Shown here: piece after piece, positions 27,207 to 34,400 of the stretch | How positions within the stretch are numbered: the stretch's first letter is position 1 | How the letters are laid out: every line of letters begins with the position of its first letter | Virus record (IMG/VR): IMGVR_UViG_3300020044_001445 | Coordinates: 1-34,400 of that record | DNA: 34,400 nt | Reading direction: 5' to 3' (one strand) | DNA from: a virus | Taxonomy: Duplodnaviria > Caudoviricetes | Program-made: the position numbers and the translations under genes | Notes under the pieces: generated by a model | Told to the model about the DNA's origin: nothing | What the model saw: the letters and a program-made list of their open reading frames with translations, nothing else | Databases searched by the model: none

Positions 27207-29255
27207 ATGAATGCTACTTTACAAACGAACAAAATTTACGAGATACTGCAAGAGAGTGACAAACGCATCTCAGTAATGCAAGGAGGATCAAGATGCTTTA
27301 CTGGTGATACATTTGTCAGATGCCAAAATGAGTATAAGCGTATTAAGGATGTAACAATTGGAGATTTTGTGCATTGTGTAGACAATGACTACAATACTGT
27401 TTTAAGAAAAGTTGTTGATAAGTTTATATACAAGACTGACCATACTCGGCATAAAGTAATTACCTTTGAGTTAATCAATAATCAAAAAATTACTTGTACT
27501 TATGACCACAAATTATTACAATCAGGAGGATACGTTACTGCGTTTGACATTGCCAGGGGAATGTTGGAAGAAGGTAAATGGTTCGGATGGGAGGTATATG
27601 ATAAGCAATCTTGGAAGGTTATTAGCAATGAGTTACAAGATGAAGAAAGGGCCGGATGGAATCAGAGTTATGAAGCCAGCGAAGGATGCGAATGGGTATC
27701 TGAGGACAATGATACTTTTGAATGGGAAATACACGACAATAAAGATGCACAGGTTGGTAGCGGAGCATTTTGTGGAGAATTTGGAGCAAAAACCACAGGT
27801 CAACCATATCAACAACGACAGAATGGACAATCGGGTGGTCAACTTGGAATGGGTGACATTTCGGGAGAATATAGATCACATGATGAAGCAGGGAAGGCAG
27901 ACATTCAACAATGGAGAGAAGAATGGCAAAAGTATCCTTACAGAGAGTATTGTAAGAACTATACGGGAAGAATACAAGCCGTATGTGGTGATGGCGAAGG
28001 ACTTGGCGAAGAAGTACGGGGTGAAAACTTGCACAATAAAGGATATTCTGAGGAAAAGGAGCTGGGCAAGCGTATCCTAAGTATTGATGATGTTGAGTCA
28101 ATAATATTTCACGAAACTGAGGAAACTGTCTATGATATAGAGGTTGAGGAGTTTCACAACTATTTTGTTACAAAAGATAACTATGTAAGCCACAATTCTG
28201 GTAAAACGTATAATATCCTCATTTGGTTTATAGTGAAGCTTTTGCAAGAGAATGGCAAGACTTTAACTGTTGTCCGTCAGTCGCTTCCATCCATTAAGGG
28301 TTCAGTTCTTAGGGACTTTGTTGACATATTAACAAAACTTAACATATATTCAGAGGACAACCATAACAAGACTGAGCAGATTTATACATTGAATGGGAAT
28401 GTGATAGAATTTGTAAGTGCAGACCAGCCACAGAAGATAAGGGGTAGGGCAAGGACTTACCTTTTCTGCAATGAGGCTAATGAACTCAGTTATGAGGCAT
28501 GGATGCAACTTATCATGCGTACAGAGGGTAAGATAGTGATTGACTACAATCCATCAGATGTGGCGAGTTGGATTTACGATAGTGTCATTCCAAGGGATGA
28601 TGCTGATTTCAACATTACCACTTTTAGGGATAACCCATTCCTCCCAAAAGAACTGGTTGACGAACTTGAACGCTTGAAAGATGCCGACCCGAACTACTGG
28701 CAGATTTATGGCTTGGGTGAGAGGGGATTGAGCCAAGATTTGATATATACTCATTACCGAACTACCGAGAATATGCCGGAGGATGGAGAGGTAGTGTATG
28801 GCTTAGACTTTGGGTTCAATGTGCCGAGTGCCTTGGTGAAGGTTATGTTTGTGGAGGGGGCAGCTTATGCCCAAGAAATGCTCTATGAAACCAGGTTGAC
28901 CACAAATGATTTGGTAGATAGGCTAAAGCTTCTTAATATTGACCCGTACGATGAGATTTTCTGCGATGCAGCCGAGCCGAAAACTATTGAGGAACTCGTG
29001 AGAAACGGGTTCAATGCTAAACACGCTAACAAGGATGTGACCGAGGGGATAAGGACTGTGAAGGGAACTCCTTTGTATATTCATCAAGATAGCGTAAATT
29101 TACTAAAGGAATTGAAGAACTATCGGTGGAAAACGGATAGAAATGGCAATAAACTTGATTCACCAGTTAAATTTGGGGATCATATTTTAGATGCCCTAAG
29201 ATATAGCATTTTTAGTAAGTTAACAGTCCCTAAAATAACTTGGGGAGCAATATAA
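27207..29255 (+). CDS. terL: Terminase large subunit (PBSX-like) with intein; 381 aa after splicing
   Basis: Spliced Walker A GGSR/SGKT, FCNEANE, DYNPS, GLDFG and DHILDALRY motifs. Confidence 0.95.
   Translation: MNATLQTNKIYEILQESDKRISVMQGGSRCFTGDTFVRCQNEYKRIKDVTIGDFVHCVDNDYNTVLRKVVDKFIYKTDHTRHKVITFELINNQKITCTYDHKLLQSGGYVTAFDIARGMLEEGKWFGWEVYDKQSWKVISNELQDEERAGWNQSYEASEGCEWVSEDNDTFEWEIHDNKDAQVGSGAFCGEFGAKTTGQPYQQRQNGQSGGQLGMGDISGEYRSHDEAGKADIQQWREEWQKYPYREYCKNYTGRIQAVCGDGEGLGEEVRGENLHNKGYSEEKELGKRILSIDDVESIIFHETEETVYDIEVEEFHNYFVTKDNYVSHNSGKTYNILIWFIVKLLQENGKTLTVVRQSLPSIKGSVLRDFVDILTKLNIYSEDNHNKTEQIYTLNGNVIEFVSADQPQKIRGRARTYLFCNEANELSYEAWMQLIMRTEGKIVIDYNPSDVASWIYDSVIPRDDADFNITTFRDNPFLPKELVDELERLKDADPNYWQIYGLGERGLSQDLIYTHYRTTENMPEDGEVVYGLDFGFNVPSALVKVMFVEGAAYAQEMLYETRLTTNDLVDRLKLLNIDPYDEIFCDAAEPKTIEELVRNGFNAKHANKDVTEGIRTVKGTPLYIHQDSVNLLKELKNYRWKTDRNGNKLDSPVKFGDHILDALRYSIFSKLTVPKITWGAI
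27461..27468 (+). promoter_or_regulatory. Intein-internal TACCTTTG promoter-like box
   Basis: Same octamer as upstream of terL; 33 nt before the ATG of the nested HNH gene. Confidence 0.5.
27502..28080 (+). CDS. NUMOD4-HNH homing endonuclease nested in the +1 frame of the intein
   Basis: ECWKKV..Y.ISNLGR (NUMOD4); HRLVAEHF..VNHINNDRMDNRVVNLEWVT..EN..H (HNH); C-terminal HTH-like GEKNGKSILT..LAKKYGV. Confidence 0.9.
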   Translation: MTTNYYNQEDTLLRLTLPGECWKKVNGSDGRYMISNLGRLLAMSYKMKKGPDGIRVMKPAKDANGYLRTMILLNGKYTTIKMHRLVAEHFVENLEQKPQVNHINNDRMDNRVVNLEWVTFRENIDHMMKQGRQTFNNGEKNGKSILTESIVRTIREEYKPYVVMAKDLAKKYGVKTCTIKDILRKRSWASVS

Positions 29256-29260
29256 AAAAA

Positions 29261-30718
29261 ATGGGTCTATTTGACATTTTTGGGAAGAAGAAAGGATTGA
29301 ATCCTAATCAGAATGTTCCACCATCTTTTCAAGGCATAAATGGTGCGGTGCTTCAGCAATACAATCAAGAGAGTTATGTAAAGGATGGATACCTTGGGAA
29401 TGCTGATGTGTATGCAATTGTAAGCTTTCTTGCAAGAAAGTCTGCAAGTATTCCTTGGTACGTTTACTCTCTCAACTCTGGTGAAAAGGCAAGGACTTCA
29501 TTAATGAGGTACAAGCAATTGTCAAGAGGTATTCAAGCAGGCCAGGGTGCTTATGAGCAAGCAATCATGGCGAGAAAAAACGCTTATAGCGAAAATATTG
29601 TGATGGATGGGCCACTTGCTAAACTTTTGGAGAAGCCAAACCCTAACCAAGCACAAGACCAGTTCCTTGAGAACCTGATCGGTTACCATTTCCTTAGTGG
29701 TGAGGGTAACATCTACGGGAACACAGGACTGACAAGTGATGGGAAAATTTTGGAGATGTTTGTTCTTCCAACGCAGTTCCTTGACATATATCCAGACCCA
29801 AATGACCTTTATGGCATCACAGGGTATAAACTAATGGTTGACCAAGGTATTGACATAGAGAAGAGCAGAGTTTGCCAATGGAAAACATGGAATCCTGATT
29901 TCAATTCATCTACAAGGTCACACCTTAGAGGATTGTCACCATTAAGGGCAGCATACAAGACTTTGCGAATGAGCAACTCTGCTGCTGATGCAAGTGCAAT
30001 GATGGCAGCTAACGGAGGAGCAAAGGGTGCTTTAACTCCAAAGGTTGTGGGTTCAATCTCTGCTCAACCATCTATGGAGCAAGCGAACCTCATTAAGAGG
30101 AAGCTGAACGATGATGTGAATGGCGTGGACAATAAGGGTAGGATTGATGTATTGCAAACACCTTGGGACTATTTGAACTTTGGATTGAGTAGTGTTGACA
30201 TGGAATTGGTAAAGACTATGCAAATGTCAATGCACCAATGGTGTAGGGTGTTTGGCTTGCCTGCTGTGTTGTTTGACACAGATACATCAAGCTACAACAA
30301 CTACCAGAACGCAATGAGAGATTTGGTGACTAACACAATTGTTCCAAAGCTTTGTCAATTGCGTGATGAGTTGAACGCATGGCTTGTACCAAGATATGGT
30401 GAGAACCTATACATAGACTTTGACATTACTGCATTGCCAGAGATGCAACAAGATATGGAGAGGATGACACGTTCACTTCGTGATGCTAACTGGTTGACAT
30501 TTGATGAGAAGCGTGTTGCAATGAACTACTCTGAGAAAGAAGGGCCATATGAGTATAGCTATGTAAATGGTGGACTGGTAAGGCTTGACCAAGTTGGAAT
30601 GGATTTAACTATACCTAATGGAGGAACAAATAACAGCGTTGACTACGGAGAAGATGATATGGTCAATGGTGATGATTCGGCATCCCAAGACGGCAGCGGA
30701 GAAGAAATGCCGAATTGA
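29261..30718 (+). CDS. Portal protein (HK97 family)
   Basis: LLEKPNPNQ, GLSPLRAA and FGLPAVLF..SYNN motifs; start revised to MGLFDIF. Confidence 0.93.
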   Translation: MGLFDIFGKKKGLNPNQNVPPSFQGINGAVLQQYNQESYVKDGYLGNADVYAIVSFLARKSASIPWYVYSLNSGEKARTSLMRYKQLSRGIQAGQGAYEQAIMARKNAYSENIVMDGPLAKLLEKPNPNQAQDQFLENLIGYHFLSGEGNIYGNTGLTSDGKILEMFVLPTQFLDIYPDPNDLYGITGYKLMVDQGIDIEKSRVCQWKTWNPDFNSSTRSHLRGLSPLRAAYKTLRMSNSAADASAMMAANGGAKGALTPKVVGSISAQPSMEQANLIKRKLNDDVNGVDNKGRIDVLQTPWDYLNFGLSSVDMELVKTMQMSMHQWCRVFGLPAVLFDTDTSSYNNYQNAMRDLVTNTIVPKLCQLRDELNAWLVPRYGENLYIDFDITALPEMQQDMERMTRSLRDANWLTFDEKRVAMNYSEKEGPYEYSYVNGGLVRLDQVGMDLTIPNGGTNNSVDYGEDDMVNGDDSASQDGSGEEMPN

Positions 30719-30824
30719 GGCAATGATGATGGACAAAGTGAGATTGGCGTATAAAAAACGACTTGAAAATGAACGCGAAGCAAAGAGAGCAATATTGGGT
30801 GAAGTTTCAAAGGATTCGGAATGA
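30618..30824 (+). CDS. Small hypothetical protein overlapping the portal end and MuF start
   Basis: 68-aa helical ORF bridging the two genes. Confidence 0.45.
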   Translation: MEEQITALTTEKMIWSMVMIRHPKTAAEKKCRIEAMMMDKVRLAYKKRLENEREAKRAILGEVSKDSE

Positions 30825-32523
30825 TATAGAGAAAAAGTATATTAATTCAATCCAAGAATCAATATTTGCTCAATTTAAAGGCTTTGCTAAGAGTATAGAA
30901 AAAAATGGTGTGAGTGCATCTATATCAGCACTTGGCTTAAATTTGTGGGAGAAGGATTTGATAAAGGTCTTTGAAAAAATGTACAAGGAAAGCGTGGTGT
31001 TGTTTGGCAATGCTGTGTATAGGTCAATTAAAATTGAGGCCAATCAAAAAGGTGAGACATTTGGATTTAATGAACAATGGACTAAAGAGATACTTCAATT
31101 TTTGATGACACAAGGCTTTACTCTTGTTAGCAACATCACTCAAACAACTAAAAAGAGGTTAATTGAGATAGCAACGAATGGTGTAACAGATGGGTTAAGC
31201 GTTGACCAAATTGTGAAGTTAATTTTAGATGATAAGGAGTTAGAGTATTCTAACATGAGGGCAAGAAGGATTGTGAGAACAGAGGTAATGAGAGGCTCAA
31301 ACATTGGGGCAATGAAAGGTGCAGAGGCTCATGGGTTCTACGTTGACAAGCAATGGATAAGTGCGAGGGATAGTAGAACAAGGAGAATCCCAGATGATGA
31401 GTTTGATCACGTTGAGTTGGATGGTGTGATTGTGCCTTTTGACCAACCATTCACATCAGAGGGAAAGAAAGGTGAGGCGGTTGTAGCAATGCAACCTGGT
31501 GACATTTCAGCACCTCCTGGCTTTACAATAAATTGCAGATGCACCATAGGTTTTATTCCTAAACGTGATGCAAATGGTAGACTGGTGATGAAGCCTAAAT
31601 TGAATGTTCCAAGTATTTCAAGAACATCTGAATCAGTTATTTTACCAGAAAAACCAATTATATCAACTCAAAAATATACACCTAAAAAAACTATAAAGGA
31701 AGCAGAAGAGTGGGCGAAAGAAAACTTGAACATAAAATTTGTATCATTTAAAAATATTGATCTGGGTATAGCAAATGATATAAATGAATCAGTTTATAAT
31801 ATGAAGCAAGTAATGCCAAATATAAAAACAAATGGTATTGGTTCTGCACAAGCAGCTAATAGAGCAATGAAAGAAAAAATAGCAAATGCATATAGAGAAA
31901 CAGAAAGCTATTCAAGGATGGTTCAAAATTATAGTTTAGATACTGCTGAATCATATCTTAATAGGCAAATAAATAAAATAGTACCTAAAGTTTCAAGTGG
32001 AACAATAGCTTGGAGTACAAATAGAAGTAGTGTAAGAATTGGTGGAAAAGATCTTGATTTATCTGAATTTGTTGGTGTTTTTGTTAATGAGAAAGAAGCT
32101 AAAAGTAAAATTTTGATGGATCAAATGATTAGAAAAAATAGAGACACAAAATGGTTTACTGAATCTGCTGAAAATTTTGGATATGTAATGCAACATGAAT
32201 TAGGACATGAAATTGATAAAACTATAAACTTTAGAAATACTGATATATTTAATTCATTCTTTAATAAAGAACATTCAATAGGTATTCAATCAGTAGCTAA
32301 TAGATTATCAAGATATGGAGCAACTGGTAATGGTAAAAGTATTGATAGTAGAAAAGCTGAAATGATTGCTGAATCTTGGGCAGAATTTATGACAAGTAAT
32401 AACCCAAGACCTTTGTCAAAAGAACTTGGAGAAATGATGCTTAAAGCATATTATGATAAAAACAATATCAAATTGCCATTTAATACTTGGATAAACGAAA
32501 TAACTAAAATTATAAGAAAATGA
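30769..32523 (+). CDS. MuF (SPP1 gp7-like) minor head protein with a C-terminal zincin-like domain
   Basis: RARRIVRTE, KQWIS..D.RTR and INCRC (MuF); then HELGHEID and SRYG..EMIAE. Confidence 0.85.
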   Translation: MNAKQREQYWVKFQRIRNDIEKKYINSIQESIFAQFKGFAKSIEKNGVSASISALGLNLWEKDLIKVFEKMYKESVVLFGNAVYRSIKIEANQKGETFGFNEQWTKEILQFLMTQGFTLVSNITQTTKKRLIEIATNGVTDGLSVDQIVKLILDDKELEYSNMRARRIVRTEVMRGSNIGAMKGAEAHGFYVDKQWISARDSRTRRIPDDEFDHVELDGVIVPFDQPFTSEGKKGEAVVAMQPGDISAPPGFTINCRCTIGFIPKRDANGRLVMKPKLNVPSISRTSESVILPEKPIISTQKYTPKKTIKEAEEWAKENLNIKFVSFKNIDLGIANDINESVYNMKQVMPNIKTNGIGSAQAANRAMKEKIANAYRETESYSRMVQNYSLDTAESYLNRQINKIVPKVSSGTIAWSTNRSSVRIGGKDLDLSEFVGVFVNEKEAKSKILMDQMIRKNRDTKWFTESAENFGYVMQHELGHEIDKTINFRNTDIFNSFFNKEHSIGIQSVANRLSRYGATGNGKSIDSRKAEMIAESWAEFMTSNNPRPLSKELGEMMLKAYYDKNNIKLPFNTWINEITKIIRK

Positions 32524-32693
32524 TGTTTAAACAACCAGTTTGCTGGAATTGCAAACATTTTATAGCAGAAAATTATACTTGTATGGCTTTTCCTGATGGG
32601 ATACCAACTGAAATAACTGAAAACATGAATGAACATCTTGTACCTTTACCAGAGCAAGACAATGTTATTGTTTTTGAACCAATAGAAAATTAG
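32520..32693 (+). CDS. 57-aa Cys/His protein (CWNCKH..CMAFPDGIP..H), putative partner/immunity protein
   Basis: ATGA-coupled to the MuF stop; not in the ORF track. Confidence 0.75.
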   Translation: MMFKQPVCWNCKHFIAENYTCMAFPDGIPTEITENMNEHLVPLPEQDNVIVFEPIEN

Positions 32694-32695
32694 AT

Positions 32696-33874
32696 ATGCC
32701 AATAACAAGGTGCGAAAATGGGAGATACAGAATTGGGGAAGGTGAGTGTATGTACAGGTCTGAAGAATCAGCAAGAGAAGCTTATGTGGCTTACTTGGCT
32801 GAGCATCCAGAAGAAGCGAGAAGAATTAGAGAAGAAGAAGATAAAAAAGCCTTAGACATGAACAAGGTCAGCTTTGACTTTGATGATACATTGACACAGG
32901 AAAGGTGGCAGAACAAGGCAATTATGCTGAAAGAAGAGGGAAAAACTGTGTATATTGTAACAAGAAGGCAAGAAGAGCAAAACGATTCTGTTTATGCAGT
33001 TGCAGATAAGATTGGAGTACCAAGGTCAAGAGTTTATTTTACCAATGGTAAGATGAAGTGGGAAATGATAAAAAGACTTGGTATTGGAACACACTATGAC
33101 AATAATGAGGATGAGATTAGATTAATAAGAGAAAACACAGAAGCAAAAGGTATTTTAGTACAAGAAAAAAATAATAGTATGATATACAATTACAAATCAT
33201 TTGACATGAATGTCAAGGACATTGATGCCAAGCAAGGAATCGTTAGCGGTTATTTTAGTGCATTTGGAATGGTTGATAGTGATGGTGATATAATGATGCC
33301 AGGTGCTTTCAAGCGTTCTATCCAAGATTGGGGGCCAGAGGCAAAAGGAAGGGTAAAGCATTTGCTTAACCATGATCCGAGCCAACCTCTTGGTAAAATA
33401 TTGGAGTTGAAAGAAGATGGCTATGGCCTTTTCTATCGTTCCCAAGTTGGGTCGCATAGATTGGGTCAAGACTTCATTAAAATGGTTGAAAGTGACCTTA
33501 TTGGTGAACATTCAATAGGATTTAGGATTCTGAGAGAACAGAAATCAGCAGAAGCAAATGAGATTCACGAAGTGATGCTTTTTGAGGGTTCAAGCCTTAC
33601 CGCTTGGGGTGCAAATGAATATACACCTATTTTGGGGATAAAAAGTTCTGAGCAAGTTGGTAAAATGCAAGAACAAATTAAGAGCTTTGAGAAGTTTATA
33701 AGGAACAGCGATGTTACCGATGAAACAATTGAACTATGCCTGATTAAAGTTAGGCAATTGGCACAAACGATAGAAAAAGCGAGTAGCACAAAGGCAGTTG
33801 AAGAAACACCGATGCAGCAAAAGAAAAACGAGGAGTTTGAGCAATCACTAATATCAATATTAAACAAATTCTAA
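32696..33874 (+). CDS. HK97-type prohead protease with an N-terminal HAD-like domain
   Basis: SFDFDDTL/IVTRR/HYDNN motifs, then GYFSAFG.VDSDGD, LLNHD, HSIGF and LFEGS..WGAN. Confidence 0.9.
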   Translation: MPITRCENGRYRIGEGECMYRSEESAREAYVAYLAEHPEEARRIREEEDKKALDMNKVSFDFDDTLTQERWQNKAIMLKEEGKTVYIVTRRQEEQNDSVYAVADKIGVPRSRVYFTNGKMKWEMIKRLGIGTHYDNNEDEIRLIRENTEAKGILVQEKNNSMIYNYKSFDMNVKDIDAKQGIVSGYFSAFGMVDSDGDIMMPGAFKRSIQDWGPEAKGRVKHLLNHDPSQPLGKILELKEDGYGLFYRSQVGSHRLGQDFIKMVESDLIGEHSIGFRILREQKSAEANEIHEVMLFEGSSLTAWGANEYTPILGIKSSEQVGKMQEQIKSFEKFIRNSDVTDETIELCLIKVRQLAQTIEKASSTKAVEETPMQQKKNEEFEQSLISILNKF

Positions 33875-33886
33875 ATTAAAATTAAA

Positions 33887-34400
33887 ATGGAAGATTTAAA
33901 GAGGTTTGAATCTGCTCTTGAGGCAAAACTTGCCGAGCAGAAGGCCGAAGTTGCTCTGAATACAGAGAAGGCTGCAAAGGCATTTGATTCAAGGATTGAG
34001 CAAATCAACGAACAGTTGGTTAAGGCTAACAAGACTGCTGCTGAAGCAAGAGAAGAAGTTCTTGAAGCTAAGGCTCAGTTTGGAAAATTGCAAGCTAAAG
34101 AAACTGCAAAAGTTGCAACTTCTTATGGTGAGCATATCATGAACATTAAGAACGAAATTGGTAACGCTATTGAGAAAGGATGGAGTGATATCAAAGCTGC
34201 TGCTCGTGGCAATGGTAAAGGCTTTAACTTTGAAATGGATGCCAAGGCTGTAGGTGTAATGACCATTGGTAACAACCTTACTGGTTCTGTTTACACTTCT
34301 TATGTTGATAACGCTTTCATGAGGTCTTATGTTAACCCTCACCTGCGTTCTGTATTCAACATCATCCCTGTTTCTACTGGATCAGTTTCTTTCCCTCGTG
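33887..34400 (+). CDS. Major capsid protein, 5' part (coiled-coil delta domain), continues at the window start
   Basis: ATG 33887 (MEDLKRFESALEAKLAEQK) is open to the window end and in frame with 1-777. Confidence 0.93.
   Translation, partial: MEDLKRFESALEAKLAEQKAEVALNTEKAAKAFDSRIEQINEQLVKANKTAAEAREEVLEAKAQFGKLQAKETAKVATSYGEHIMNIKNEIGNAIEKGWSDIKAAARGNGKGFNFEMDAKAVGVMTIGNNLTGSVYTSYVDNAFMRSYVNPHLRSVFNIIPVSTGSVSFPR
34280..34400. repeat. Terminal direct repeat, copy 2
   Basis: Identical to 1-121. Confidence 0.97.

Larger units (their letters stand above)
27294..28196 (+). mobile_element. Intein, 301 aa, inserted in the TerL Walker A motif
   Basis: Block A CFTGDTFV, block B CTYDHKL, block F VYDIEVEEFHNYFV, terminal SHN followed by +1 Ser. 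Confidence 0.95.

Noticed and set aside
27502-28080. Group I intron or assembly frameshift as the explanation for the HNH ORF
   Set aside because: TerL is continuous in one frame with complete intein ends, and no intron core was recognised.
27622-28101. 159-aa minus-strand ORF as a third gene in the intein
   Set aside because: No motifs; His/Leu/Pro-rich sequence consistent with a shadow of the constrained dual-coding region.
511-34342. Minus-strand ORFs in the provided track (e.g. 1875-2285, 17654-18043, 33989-34342)
   Set aside because: They lie opposite well-supported + strand genes and carry no recognisable motifs.
34280-34400. 121-bp repeat as a biological terminal repeat
   Set aside because: It falls in the middle of the capsid gene and has a k-mer-like length, so an assembly overlap is more likely.
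1-34400. Stop-codon reassignment or a diversity-generating retroelement
   Set aside because: Genes are intact in code 11 and end in TAA, TAG and TGA; no reverse transcriptase or TR/VR pair was noticed.

Overview
The window is an apparently complete ~34,279-bp circular or circularly permuted siphovirus-type phage genome: bases 1-121 are repeated exactly at 34280-34400, and the HK97-type major capsid gene runs across that junction. A Bacteroidota host is inferred from A-rich, Shine-Dalgarno-less start contexts and TAnnTTTG promoter boxes. Almost all genes are on the + strand, in this order: capsid, FkbM methyltransferase and GT4 glycosyltransferase, neck/tail, two tail fibres, lysis cassette, HTH/SSB/nuclease/helicase/DNA methylase/primase, origin-like repeats, TerS, TerL, portal, MuF, prohead protease. 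No integrase was seen. The most striking result is two nested dual-frame genes. (1) TerL carries a 301-aa intein in its Walker A motif; the intein frame has no recognisable endonuclease, while an intact NUMOD4-HNH homing endonuclease is encoded inside it in the +1 frame, preceded by its own promoter-like TACCTTTG box. (2) A C5 cytosine methyltransferase has its repeated target-recognition-like units and motif IX in a nested +1-frame ORF (M.EcoHK31I-like). Other notable items are a tRNA-like RNA with a collapsed anticodon loop, a lone minus-strand 25-aa peptide transcription unit, a MuF-zincin toxin-like gene with a small partner, and a HAD-prohead protease fusion. All protein family calls come from motif recognition by eye, not from database searches.
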